Shown here piece after piece: positions 9,467-19,234 of a stretch of DNA of 54,073 nucleotides. The number at the start of each line of letters is the position of its first letter. The stretch's first letter is position 1. Made by a program: the position numbers and the translations under genes. The stretch lies in IMG/VR virus record IMGVR_UViG_3300021961_008224; one strand, 5' to 3'. Under the pieces are notes generated by a model. The model was not told the origin of the DNA, did no database searches, and was given only the letters and a program-made list of their open reading frames with translations. This DNA comes from an uncultured virus (IMG/VR IMGVR_UViG_3300021961_008224). Taxonomy: Duplodnaviria > Heunggongvirae > Uroviricota > Caudoviricetes.

Positions 9467-9570
9467 TAAATTAATAATAAAAACTAGAAATAATCAATAA
9501 CTAGATATTTTCTAGTAGAAGATTACAGAATAAAAAAATAAAGTAAATACAAAAATTTTCAAGTTGGAAG

Positions 9571-9577
9571 TATTTAT
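9571..9577 (+). promoter_or_regulatory. TATTTAT putative late promoter for tail tube
   Basis: TATTTATA 40 nt upstream of ATG 9618. Confidence 0.55.
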
Positions 9578-9617
9578 AGTAATAAATAAAAAACAAAATA
9601 ATTAAAAATAAAATACT

Positions 9618-10106
9618 ATGGCTGATTTATTGATGAAAATGCCGATACCGTACGAACCGAAACGTCAGAACCGATTTATCTTACGTTTTCCTTCTACATT
9701 AGGTATTAACGAATGGTTTGTAGAATCAACTTCTAGACCACACATTAAAATTAATCCAACTGAGATTCAGTTTTTAAATACATCAACATTCGTTGCAGGT
9801 AGATTCAACTGGGACCCTATTTCTGTTAAATTCCGTGACCCAATCGGTCCTTCGGCAGCACAAGCTCTTATGGAGTGGGTTCGTTTACACGCTGAGTCAG
9901 TTACAGGACGTATGGGTTATGCTGCAGGTTACAAGAAAAATGTCGACCTTGAAATGTTAGACCCAACAGGTGTTGTTGTTGAGAAATGGATTTTGGAAGG
10001 TACATTCTTAACTGACGTATCATTTGGTGATTTAGGTTACTCAAATGACGGATTAGTACAAATTAGTGCATCTTTACGTATGGACAGATGTATCTTAGTT
10101 TACTAA
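9618..10106 (+). CDS. Tail tube protein (T4 gp19-like)
   Basis: 162 aa, downstream of sheath; EPKRQNRF...AGRFNWDPISVKFRD...WV...GY..GYKKNVDLEMLDPTG.VVEKWILEGTF. Confidence 0.92.
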   Translation: MADLLMKMPIPYEPKRQNRFILRFPSTLGINEWFVESTSRPHIKINPTEIQFLNTSTFVAGRFNWDPISVKFRDPIGPSAAQALMEWVRLHAESVTGRMGYAAGYKKNVDLEMLDPTGVVVEKWILEGTFLTDVSFGDLGYSNDGLVQISASLRMDRCILVY

Positions 10107-10144
10107 TACAATACTATTGATAAAAAAATACATACTACTATATT

Positions 10145-10186
10145 TAACCATAGGGACACTATAAACTCTCTATGGTTATTTTTTTT
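10145..10186 (+). terminator. Stem-loop plus T8 tract between tube and chaperone genes
   Basis: TAACCATAGGGA / TCTCTATGGTTA 12-bp stem (one G-U), 10-nt loop, then TTTTTTTT. Confidence 0.65.
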
Positions 10187-10188
10187 AT

Positions 10189-10944
10189 ATGGATACAACA
10201 CAACAATATGGACAACAAAACTTCTCTCTACCTCACGATGTAGTAAAACTACCTACAGGAGGAGTATTTTACAAAAATAAAAAGAAAGCGGTTAAAGTAG
10301 GTTATCTTACCGCGGCAGATGAAAACATCTTAATGGCTGGTGACAGTATAGGTAAAGATGGTTTGGTTATTACGTTATTACGTAATAAATTATACGAACC
10401 AGATTTAAGACCTGACGAATTATTACAAGGTGACTTAGAAGCTATTCTTATCTTTTTAAGAAATAGTGCGTTTGGACCTGAATATAATATTACATTAAGT
10501 GACCCTGACACAGGTAAAAAATTTGAAACCACTATTTTATTAGATGAGTTATACATCAAAGAAACTACACAAAAACCTAATGACGAAGGTTATTTTGTTG
10601 TTAAATTACCAAAGTCTAATTCTACAGTAAAGTTAAAACCGTTATCATTTGGGGAACTTAGTGAGTTGGATAAAATGGCCGACCAATACCCTGTTGGTAG
10701 AATTGCCCCAAAACAAACTTGGAAATTAAATAAAATGGTTGTGGAAATTGATGGTAATTCAGATGTTGCTTTTATAACACAAACCATTGACTCTTTACCT
10801 ATATCAGATGCTAAGTTTATAAGAAACTTTGTTGAGGAAAATGAACCAAGACTTGACTTAGTCAGAAAAGTTAACGCCCCGTCAGGAAAAGAGGTATATG
10901 CGAATATAGCCTTTGGGGTGGAGTTTTTTCGGCCTTTCTTCTAA
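10189..10944 (+). CDS. Tail assembly chaperone / baseplate hub assembly protein (T4 gp26-like; lambda G position)
   Basis: VKLPTGGVFY...LTAADENIL...GDLEAILIFLR..AFG.EY...FGVEFFRP; lies between tube and tape measure. Confidence 0.75.
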   Translation: MDTTQQYGQQNFSLPHDVVKLPTGGVFYKNKKKAVKVGYLTAADENILMAGDSIGKDGLVITLLRNKLYEPDLRPDELLQGDLEAILIFLRNSAFGPEYNITLSDPDTGKKFETTILLDELYIKETTQKPNDEGYFVVKLPKSNSTVKLKPLSFGELSELDKMADQYPVGRIAPKQTWKLNKMVVEIDGNSDVAFITQTIDSLPISDAKFIRNFVEENEPRLDLVRKVNAPSGKEVYANIAFGVEFFRPFF

Positions 10945-11089
10945 TTATCGAGAAACCCAATCTTGGGAATACTATGTCTGTACTAAACACTTAAATGTGT
11001 CATATACAGACTTTCTTTCTATGCCCGTATATCTACGGAGATATATAATTGACCAATTTGTTAAGGAAATAACTCCAAAAAATAATTAG
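10931..11089 (+). CDS. Unannotated 52-codon frameshift extension of the chaperone (G-T type)
   Basis: The +1 frame reads GLSSNYRETQSWEYYVCTKHLNVSYTDFLSMPVYLRRYIIDQFVKEITPKNN*. It has no ATG near its start, an in-frame TAG at 10907, and fills the gap before the tape measure gene. Confidence 0.75.
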   Translation, partial: GLSSNYRETQSWEYYVCTKHLNVSYTDFLSMPVYLRRYIIDQFVKEITPKNN

Positions 11090-11116
11090 TCAATCTATTT
11101 ATATTAAAATTAATCT

Positions 11117-13180
11117 ATGTTACAAGGTACTAAAGGAGACAATGAAAAAGATTTAGAGTCGTTAAGACAACAAAACGAAGAGGCGTCTAGAGTTAAGTTA
11201 GAAGTATTACCAGGTCTTGATTCTGTTATTAAAGCGATGACAAAAGCAAACACACAGTTAGGTGGGTTTGCGGATGAAATTAAAAAATCTATTGAAACTG
11301 TTGAATCTACTGTTAACTCAGTTTCAAGACTATTTGCAGGTAGTCAACAGATGGCTCAGAATACTAGAGACCTTCTTAGAGACGCAACACCGTCAGTTGC
11401 CGCATTAGGTGGAAGTATTACTGATGTTGCAAAAATTCAAAAAGGTGTAATTGAAGGTTTACAGACTCAATCAAGTTTAAATACTGACCAATATAAAGAA
11501 TTATATGCCGCGGGTTCCTTAGTTGCTGGTATGAGTGAAAATGCGGGGGCTAAAGCCTCAGCAATGATACCTATGTTTGCAAATGCGGGTTATGGAATTA
11601 ATAATATTGGTAAAGAAATGACGGGTATTCTTAATTCCGCAAAAGAATTAGGTGTAACGTCACAATCCGTATATAAACAATTAGAAGGTCAGATGGGTAA
11701 AATGGCTTTGTACAACTTTGATGGAGGTGTACAAGGTATGGCTAAAATGGCCGCTCAAGCGTCTTTATTAAGAATTGATATGAGTCAAACTTTAGGTTTG
11801 GCGGATAAATTATTTGAACCTGATGCCGCGGTTCAAATGTCAGCAGCCTTTCAAAGATTAGGTGTCCAAGTGTCTAGTTTACTTGACCCGTATAAATTAA
11901 TGGATATGTCAAGAAATGACCCTGCTAAACTACAAGAAGAAGTTGGTAAGGCGTTAAAATCAATGACTTATTTTGATGAACAAACTAAAAGTATTAGAAT
12001 TTTACCTGGTGCCCAAGGACAATTAAGAGAAATCGCTAAAGAAATGGGTATGAGTGCCGACCAAGTTGCGAAGTGGGCAATGAATGCGGGGGACCTTGAT
12101 AGAAAAATGAGGGAAATTACATTTAACCCTGAATTTGCCGACGAAGATTCTAAAAAAATGATTGCGGGTATGGCTCAACTTGGTGCGACTGGTGGTAAAT
12201 TTGAGGGTCAATATATTATTAAAACCGCTTCAGGTGAAGAAAAATTAGTTTCTGAAGTTAAGTCTGAAGACTTAAAAGAAATTCAGTCAATGAATGAAAA
12301 ATTAGCAAGTCCCGCAAAAATGCAGTTGGAGGCTAATGGTATTTTAAAAAATATTGAAAACTTAATAGCCGCAAGACAAGGAGTTGTAGGACGTGCAGTT
12401 GCGACACAACCTAGTTTTGTTAAAGATATTGAAAGTCTTGGTAAAATTGTTGCCACAGGTCAAGAAACCATAAATATGACTATGGGGTTACAACGAGATG
12501 CTAATGATAAAAATCAAATTCACGTAGAAACAATATCTAAAAATATTCAAAAGTTAACCGACGTTCTTAGTAAATCATTTGATAAACTTAGTAAAGGTGA
12601 TGTTGCGGGAGCGGGGCAAGAAATGGTTTCAGGTGGTAAGGCAGCATACGAACAAATTAAAGGTGCCGTTGGTAATGTTCCACAAAACTATTCAGAATCT
12701 CAGGAGATGTGGGGAGGTAATGTTGACCTTACGGCATTTAAAACACTACTTAATAGTAGTATGTTAACAGGAATTCCTGAGACCGTTAAAGAACAAATCA
12801 ATACTGCGTTAAATGGGTTATCGGGAAGTCAAACAGTTAATAGTTCTAATGTACAAACTGCAATACCAAATGCTACCATAACTCCAAACTCAACAATAAC
12901 GCCAAATCAAATACCTAACTCTAATATTAATAATAATAACAACACAACACCTGCGATACCTGAAACAGGTACTGTTAAGGTCGATGGTTCTATTAGTGTT
13001 AATGTTAACCCTATTGGAATGGAAAGTTTTGTTATGGATATGTTATCTAAGTCTGACGTTGCAAGTGCAATCTACCAAGGAAATAGTCGAACTGAAAGAA
13101 TGATGAACGACCTTAAAGGTAGTGGTGAGAATAAAGCCAAGGCGGGTAATTTATTTACTCCGACTTCTGCGTTTGCATAA
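11117..13180 (+). CDS. Tape measure protein
   Basis: 687 aa, Ala/Gly/Met/Gln-rich helical sequence directly after tube and chaperone; TATTTAT at 11096-11102. Confidence 0.8.
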   Translation: MLQGTKGDNEKDLESLRQQNEEASRVKLEVLPGLDSVIKAMTKANTQLGGFADEIKKSIETVESTVNSVSRLFAGSQQMAQNTRDLLRDATPSVAALGGSITDVAKIQKGVIEGLQTQSSLNTDQYKELYAAGSLVAGMSENAGAKASAMIPMFANAGYGINNIGKEMTGILNSAKELGVTSQSVYKQLEGQMGKMALYNFDGGVQGMAKMAAQASLLRIDMSQTLGLADKLFEPDAAVQMSAAFQRLGVQVSSLLDPYKLMDMSRNDPAKLQEEVGKALKSMTYFDEQTKSIRILPGAQGQLREIAKEMGMSADQVAKWAMNAGDLDRKMREITFNPEFADEDSKKMIAGMAQLGATGGKFEGQYIIKTASGEEKLVSEVKSEDLKEIQSMNEKLASPAKMQLEANGILKNIENLIAARQGVVGRAVATQPSFVKDIESLGKIVATGQETINMTMGLQRDANDKNQIHVETISKNIQKLTDVLSKSFDKLSKGDVAGAGQEMVSGGKAAYEQIKGAVGNVPQNYSESQEMWGGNVDLTAFKTLLNSSMLTGIPETVKEQINTALNGLSGSQTVNSSNVQTAIPNATITPNSTITPNQIPNSNINNNNNTTPAIPETGTVKVDGSISVNVNPIGMESFVMDMLSKSDVASAIYQGNSRTERMMNDLKGSGENKAKAGNLFTPTSAFA

Positions 13181-13238
13181 TATCATAGATACTTTAAAAA
13201 AAATAAAACTATTATCTATTTATAGATAAAATTAAGGG

Positions 13239-16200
13239 ATGCCAAGTACATTAACATTTCCATCAACAGAAGGTTTTAGAAATAAGTTATTAGCTCGAAA
13301 CTTATCACCATATACGGTGCCAGGTAGTTATGTACCACCATCGGGTACAATAGTTAGAGATACTGTTCTTAGAGACGAGGGGGTTCTTAATCAGGACGAC
13401 TCTTTAATTGAGAATCCGCCTAAAAATTTAGGACCTACATTCCACGGTTTATATAATTTAAATGAATACGGACCAATTAGTGGGTTTGGTGACACTATAA
13501 CCCAATCCCAACCGATTGTTTTATCAAACAATAATGGTGTGTATGATATTACTGACACTTCATTACCACAACAAAGTTTAGACGGTAGTACTTGGCCTTC
13601 ATACAATTCTAATGCTATTTCCGAACAAGATATTACATCTGTTAATAGATGGGCGTTTACCACTATTCAATTAGCTCAAATTGGTAATTTATTATTAACC
13701 CCTAAATTTGAAGAATATGATGTTTTAAATGCTAGTTTACCTGAACAAAGTTTAAATGGTAATACTTGGCCGTCATATAATTCTAATGCAATATCTGAAG
13801 AAGATATTCCATCAGTAAACAAATATTCATTTGATTTTGTACAATTAGCGTTGATTGGTAATTTGTTACTAACACCAATTTATTCTAGATACGATATTAC
13901 TCACGCTTCATTACCACAACAAAGTTTGAATGGTTTAGGGTGGCCAGCGTACAATGCGGGAGCAATAAATGAAAATACTATTTCTTCAGTTAACAAATAC
14001 GGGTTACCGTCAATATTATTATATCAAATTAATGATGTAATACTATCCCCAACATACGAACAATATAATTTAAATTTAGCTAGTTTACCACAACAAAGTT
14101 TAAACGGTAATACTTGGCCGTCATATAACTCTAGTGCAATTTCTGAAGAAGATATTCCTTCTGTTAATAAATGGAGTACCCCTTATGTTAATTTATTTTC
14201 AATTGGTAGTGTTATTTTAGCGCCTAAATTTGAAGAGTATGACATAAATAATGCGACACTACCTGAACAGAGTTTAACAGGTGCTGGTTGGCCTTCGTAT
14301 AATCCCGCGTTATCACAACAGGAATTACCAACCGCAAATAAGTATTCTTGGGACAATGCAAATATTGAATTATATTCTGTGGAGACTAAACAGTTAACAC
14401 CAAGTTTTTCTTCATATTTTACGTTTGTTCCTTCATACTATACGCCTTACCAAATATTATTACAAGACGACCCTACAGGTTCTGACGGTAGTTTATCTCA
14501 GGACTCATATATTGTACAACTTGGTGCAAAAACTCTTAGACAAGAGTTAAAAGAAAGAATTGATAGACAATTAATTAAAAATACTGTAGGTAGAATTAAT
14601 TTACCTAACGCAGCGAACGACCCATTGATGGCCGTTCAAATGTTACAGGGTAAGATACCTTTAGTAGAAAGGGATTGGGTAATTACTCGACCTGGTAATA
14701 TTTTATTTAGAGCGGCAGATTTTGCGGCGAGACTTGGAGGTTTTTATTTTCCAGGTTCTGAAATTCCTGGTGACTATTTTGAAACTGACCCTAAAAATTT
14801 AAATCTTGCAGGTCAAATAGGTAAAGCCCTTGGTATTAGTAGTAATAAAGGATTAATTGGTAGGTTAACACATCAAAAATCCGCATCTCAATTATTTCTT
14901 AATAATACAGGAGGAGGACAAAAATCCCAACTTTATTACACTTTAGGATTTAACAGATATGGTCCTGATTATGATAAGGGTATTATCGGTAACCTTATTG
15001 ACGGTGCTAAAAATTTATTAAATAGTCTTTTAGATAACCCAACTAAGGGAGGATACTATGTCGGTAGTAAAGAAGTTGACCCTAGTTATGTTGATGGTCC
15101 TTCAGGAAAATTACCTTTAAATATGTTTGGGGAAGAGGTTCAAACATCTGTTTACGGACCTAATGTATTGGCGGATTTATACGAGCCAGGTTTAGACGGT
15201 ATTAAATTTGGTTTTGCTGGCGATTCTTTCTATGGAAATGGTGGGTTATCGGGAGGACTGACTTGGTCTACCGCAAATTCAGATTCTAAAGTTGGTTATA
15301 AGGTAGGAAAAAATGGTAATCAAATTAGTATTGATTCTGAATATAATCAAACCAAATCTTATTTAAGTCTTGATTTAAGTACTACTGATAAAAACTTTAG
15401 AGAAGGTTCTATTTTATGGCACACACAAAAATTAGTTGAAGCTGGAGACGGTGATACTGCTCACGTAGGTAATGCTATTAATCAAATCAGTAAAGTTTTT
15501 AATGATGGGTATAAAGAAATTACCAAAGGTTCTAAAGTAATGACATATGTTGACGAGGGTGGTGTTGAAGTTGGTAAAGAATATTGTAGAGTCTTTACTA
15601 AAGATACACCATATTTTACATATGCTGATTTACAAAAGAGAGACGGTAATCATAGAGGGTATTCATATTCAGTTTTGGATAAAACATATAACCTTAACAT
15701 AGCCCCTTTAAAAGGTACATCAACCTCAAGTTCAACAAATATTAAAGACGGTAGAGTTAAAAAATATATGTTTTCTATTGAGAATTTGGCTTGGAGAACA
15801 TCTAATCGACCTGGATTAACTTATCTTGATTTACCTGAGTGTGAAAGAGGTCCTAATGGAGGAAGAATTATGTGGTTCCCACCTTATGATATAAGTTTTA
15901 ACGAAAATGTTACACCAAGTTTCCAAGGACAAGATTTCTTAGGTAGACCTGAGCCTGTTTATACTTACAAGAGTACTCAAAGAACAGGCACATTGAGTTG
16001 GAAGATTATTGTTGACCACCCATCAATTTTAAACACTATTGTGGAGAAAGAATTGAAAGGAAAAAATAAAGACCTTATTAATAATGTAGTTGATTCGTTT
16101 TTTGCGGGATGTAAGAAATACGATATATATGAGTTGGCTAGAAAATATAACACAATCCCGATTAGTGAATTGTTTTATATGCAACAAATCATTACCAACC

Positions 16201-18911
16201 CAAATGTTAAACCCGAGGATGTCGTGGAAGTGGGAACAAATATACCTGATACTACAGACCAAACTACACCTGCAACACCAGTACCAACGAATGTTGATTT
16301 AAGTAAGTGGGTCGGTTTAGGGTTTTATTTTGATAATGATTACCCCAACCCTAAAACTACTCAAACAACAACTAATGATAGTTTTGCAACTTTATATACT
16401 AACTATACCGCCAAACAAGGTACTTACCAAAGTAACGCAACTGCAACAAACAAACCATTAGTTGATACATTCTTTAAAGATGTTGTAATTTTTAACTATA
16501 CCGAGACTGAAAAGTTTTTAAATGATTTGGTTGAAACTTTTGAAAATAATAAAACTTCAGACGGATTATCAAGTAGTGCTGAGGTTGAGTTAGTATTAGA
16601 TGGAAGTGCTTCGGCACCTAACACTGCATCATATAATAAAAATTTATCACAACGAAGAATTTCTTCTGTTCAAAATTATTTAAGAGCTTGGAACGGTGGT
16701 AAATTAAAAAAATACGTTGATGGTAAAACTTTAAAAATTGTTGACGGTGCATCTTTAGGTGAATCTGCTACTAATGTTTCACCAAAATCTAAAGGTGGTG
16801 GTACTTTAGGACCCTTTAATTGTTCTGATGGGGACCCGTCAGCAAACAAAAATAATGAAATATACACACCTAATGCTATGGCGTGTAGAAGAGTTAGTAT
16901 ACGAAGTGTAAAAGCCAATATTAAACCAAACGCAACTGTAACACCTGAAAACGGTACACAAGGTGGTAGTGGTAATGGTGTTATACCAGTTCCTGGTTAT
17001 AAACCAGCGGTACCCGTACCACCAACAATAACAACAACTCAAAAACTTAAGGACGGTATTAGTAAGAAAATACTTAGAAGATTGTTATCTGAATGTGATT
17101 ATTTTACATTAATAGAAGAACAGAATCCTATGTTCTATGATACTATTAAAGAAAAGGTAAAATATTTTGACCCAGCGTTTCACTCTATGACACCTGAAGG
17201 TCTTAACTCTAGATTAACTTTCTTACACCAATGTACAAGACCTGGTGATACCATTCCTGTAATTGGTAATGATGGTAAACCTAAGTACAATAGTTCAGTT
17301 AACACTAGTTTTGGTGCACCGCCAGTATTAGTTTTAAGAGTGGGTGATTTTTACAACACTAAAATAATCCCGACATCATTACAAATAAGTTATGAACCTT
17401 TAGTTTTTGATATTAATCCTGAAGGTATTGGAGTTCAACCAATGATTGCTAAGATATCGTTAGGATTTAACTTTGTTGGTGGCTCAGGATTGAAAGAACC
17501 AATTGATAAATTACAAAACGCGTTGTCCTTTAATTACTACGCTAATACTGAGATGTATGATGAGAGAGCGGATTGGACTGATGATTCATTTAAAAAGATT
17601 GATAATGATTTACTTAGGGCGTTGTTAGATAAGACACCTGTTGTTGGAGTTAATGATGCTAATAACGCATTATCTAATGAGGGTGGAACTACTATTGGTG
17701 TTATTCAAGAAAAGATAGAATCTGATTTAGGTACTAGTGGTACAATTACTTATCAAAAAATAATGGACGAATCCTTATTGAAAGGTGGGCAATCATACAT
17801 TGACACCACTTTAAATAAAATCGAACAAATAACTAAAGATTATAATTTTCAAATTTATACTGCATATTCTCAGGGAAGGAAATATGTTAAAGGTAAAACT
17901 AAAGAATTTACAACTCCTAAAGATTTAGAGATTTATGGTAAAACAGATACTATTGAGAGTAAAATTAGTAAATTGTATGAAATGGTAATTGAGGATATCG
18001 ATAAGGTTAATAGTAAAAATGATGATGGTCTTAAATATATTACCAATTTATATCAAAATGATTTTCAAAATTCGGTTATTAAAAAAGTTAAAGAAAATTT
18101 AAAAAACGCGGTAAATAAAACTAAATCAAGTGTATTAACGGCTTTAACATCTGCAGATAATGAGATGACTAAAGCACAATTAGAATTAATTAGAACTCTC
18201 TCTAAGTTAGATATTGTTGACACAAAATCTGATGGTTATATTAAAACAGACCAAACTGCAAAAATTTATAATTTAACCGCAACTACTGAAGTTCAATCGG
18301 GGTCAACGTTTGCTAATACTTATGATGAATTAGTTGGGGACTACAGTTCTGCAATAGATTCACTATATTCTTTTTATACTGATATGAAAAGTTTTAAATC
18401 GACAGGAAATTCACCTAAAACATATGCGTTAGTGGATTTAGAATATAACCCTGAAAATTTAAAAACTTATAAAGCTGGAGGTTTTGGTACTGACCCTAAA
18501 AATGGTGATGAAGAACGAAGATTTTATGCTTTAATGAGTAGAACAATTTTAGATAATAATTTATATGAAACGTTTATTAAAGATATTGTACCTTCCGATA
18601 TTGCAAATTCAAAATCTGCGGGACCTACATTAATTGATTATACTAAAACATATTTTACAAACATCAAAACAAGTTATAAAGAAGAATACGATGCGGAACA
18701 ACTAATTGTGAAGTCTTTCAAAGAAACTACTAACTATAAAGACAAATATTCTAAATGGACACCATACCCATCAGGTAAGGTTAGAAAGTTTGATTTTAAT
18801 GGATATGTTGAAGGAACTGGAGAACAAACAACTAGAATACAAAACTTATATAAAAATGGTAACTCAAATGAAGATACCACAACATTTAACGGAAAAAATA
18901 AACTAAACTAA
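13239..18911 (+). CDS. Giant baseplate/tube-initiator protein with five 58-aa repeats and an inserted OmpA-like domain
   Basis: Tube-fold halves IMWFPPY...LGRPEPVYTY..TQRTGTLSW and PPVLVLRVGDFYNTKIIPTSLQISY flank FYFDND...GSASAP...YNKNLSQRRISSV...GE...CRRVSI. Confidence 0.7.
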   Translation: MPSTLTFPSTEGFRNKLLARNLSPYTVPGSYVPPSGTIVRDTVLRDEGVLNQDDSLIENPPKNLGPTFHGLYNLNEYGPISGFGDTITQSQPIVLSNNNGVYDITDTSLPQQSLDGSTWPSYNSNAISEQDITSVNRWAFTTIQLAQIGNLLLTPKFEEYDVLNASLPEQSLNGNTWPSYNSNAISEEDIPSVNKYSFDFVQLALIGNLLLTPIYSRYDITHASLPQQSLNGLGWPAYNAGAINENTISSVNKYGLPSILLYQINDVILSPTYEQYNLNLASLPQQSLNGNTWPSYNSSAISEEDIPSVNKWSTPYVNLFSIGSVILAPKFEEYDINNATLPEQSLTGAGWPSYNPALSQQELPTANKYSWDNANIELYSVETKQLTPSFSSYFTFVPSYYTPYQILLQDDPTGSDGSLSQDSYIVQLGAKTLRQELKERIDRQLIKNTVGRINLPNAANDPLMAVQMLQGKIPLVERDWVITRPGNILFRAADFAARLGGFYFPGSEIPGDYFETDPKNLNLAGQIGKALGISSNKGLIGRLTHQKSASQLFLNNTGGGQKSQLYYTLGFNRYGPDYDKGIIGNLIDGAKNLLNSLLDNPTKGGYYVGSKEVDPSYVDGPSGKLPLNMFGEEVQTSVYGPNVLADLYEPGLDGIKFGFAGDSFYGNGGLSGGLTWSTANSDSKVGYKVGKNGNQISIDSEYNQTKSYLSLDLSTTDKNFREGSILWHTQKLVEAGDGDTAHVGNAINQISKVFNDGYKEITKGSKVMTYVDEGGVEVGKEYCRVFTKDTPYFTYADLQKRDGNHRGYSYSVLDKTYNLNIAPLKGTSTSSSTNIKDGRVKKYMFSIENLAWRTSNRPGLTYLDLPECERGPNGGRIMWFPPYDISFNENVTPSFQGQDFLGRPEPVYTYKSTQRTGTLSWKIIVDHPSILNTIVEKELKGKNKDLINNVVDSFFAGCKKYDIYELARKYNTIPISELFYMQQIITNPNVKPEDVVEVGTNIPDTTDQTTPATPVPTNVDLSKWVGLGFYFDNDYPNPKTTQTTTNDSFATLYTNYTAKQGTYQSNATATNKPLVDTFFKDVVIFNYTETEKFLNDLVETFENNKTSDGLSSSAEVELVLDGSASAPNTASYNKNLSQRRISSVQNYLRAWNGGKLKKYVDGKTLKIVDGASLGESATNVSPKSKGGGTLGPFNCSDGDPSANKNNEIYTPNAMACRRVSIRSVKANIKPNATVTPENGTQGGSGNGVIPVPGYKPAVPVPPTITTTQKLKDGISKKILRRLLSECDYFTLIEEQNPMFYDTIKEKVKYFDPAFHSMTPEGLNSRLTFLHQCTRPGDTIPVIGNDGKPKYNSSVNTSFGAPPVLVLRVGDFYNTKIIPTSLQISYEPLVFDINPEGIGVQPMIAKISLGFNFVGGSGLKEPIDKLQNALSFNYYANTEMYDERADWTDDSFKKIDNDLLRALLDKTPVVGVNDANNALSNEGGTTIGVIQEKIESDLGTSGTITYQKIMDESLLKGGQSYIDTTLNKIEQITKDYNFQIYTAYSQGRKYVKGKTKEFTTPKDLEIYGKTDTIESKISKLYEMVIEDIDKVNSKNDDGLKYITNLYQNDFQNSVIKKVKENLKNAVNKTKSSVLTALTSADNEMTKAQLELIRTLSKLDIVDTKSDGYIKTDQTAKIYNLTATTEVQSGSTFANTYDELVGDYSSAIDSLYSFYTDMKSFKSTGNSPKTYALVDLEYNPENLKTYKAGGFGTDPKNGDEERRFYALMSRTILDNNLYETFIKDIVPSDIANSKSAGPTLIDYTKTYFTNIKTSYKEEYDAEQLIVKSFKETTNYKDKYSKWTPYPSGKVRKFDFNGYVEGTGEQTTRIQNLYKNGNSNEDTTTFNGKNKLN
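13542..14414 (+). repeat. Five tandem 174-nt (58-aa) coding repeats
   Basis: Units start at 13542, 13716, 13890, 14064 and 14238; consensus YD..xASLPQQSLNG..WPSYNS.AISE.DIPSVNK.......IG..lLxP.FEE. Confidence 0.93.
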
Positions 18912-19234
18912 TGTCAGACATATATTTTAATAGATATTATAACTTTCTAATTAACGGAGACCAAACTGTGGTACCGTTTGTAAAAATACCCGTAAAATCT
19001 TCGGATAAGAAATATTTTTACAAAACAGGTATTAGTCGTTTAGATAAAATAAGTCAAGAATTTTATGGTACTCCTTTTTTTGGATGGGTTATACTTGCGG
19101 CAAATCCACTATATGGGGGATTAGAATGGAACATACCTGACAATGCTCTATTGACAATTCCATTTCCTTTAGTAGCTTCTGTACAAGATTATGAATCTGA
19201 ACTAAACACTTACTTCTTCTATTATGGTAGATAA
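18911..19234 (+). CDS. LysM-like baseplate protein (T4 gp53 / P2 gpX-like)
   Basis: RLDKISQEFYGTPFFGWVILAANP...IPDNALLTIP. Confidence 0.8.
   Translation: MSDIYFNRYYNFLINGDQTVVPFVKIPVKSSDKKYFYKTGISRLDKISQEFYGTPFFGWVILAANPLYGGLEWNIPDNALLTIPFPLVASVQDYESELNTYFFYYGR

Noticed and set aside
10117..10144. Second sigma70-like promoter TTGATA...TATATT before the chaperone
   Set aside because: The spacer is 16 nt and both boxes have mismatches in AT-rich DNA, which is too weak to call.
13542..14414. CRISPR array or diversity-generating retroelement repeat pair
   Set aside because: The repeats are in-frame coding units diverged at synonymous sites, with no spacers, no adenine-specific variation and no reverse transcriptase or cas gene in the window.
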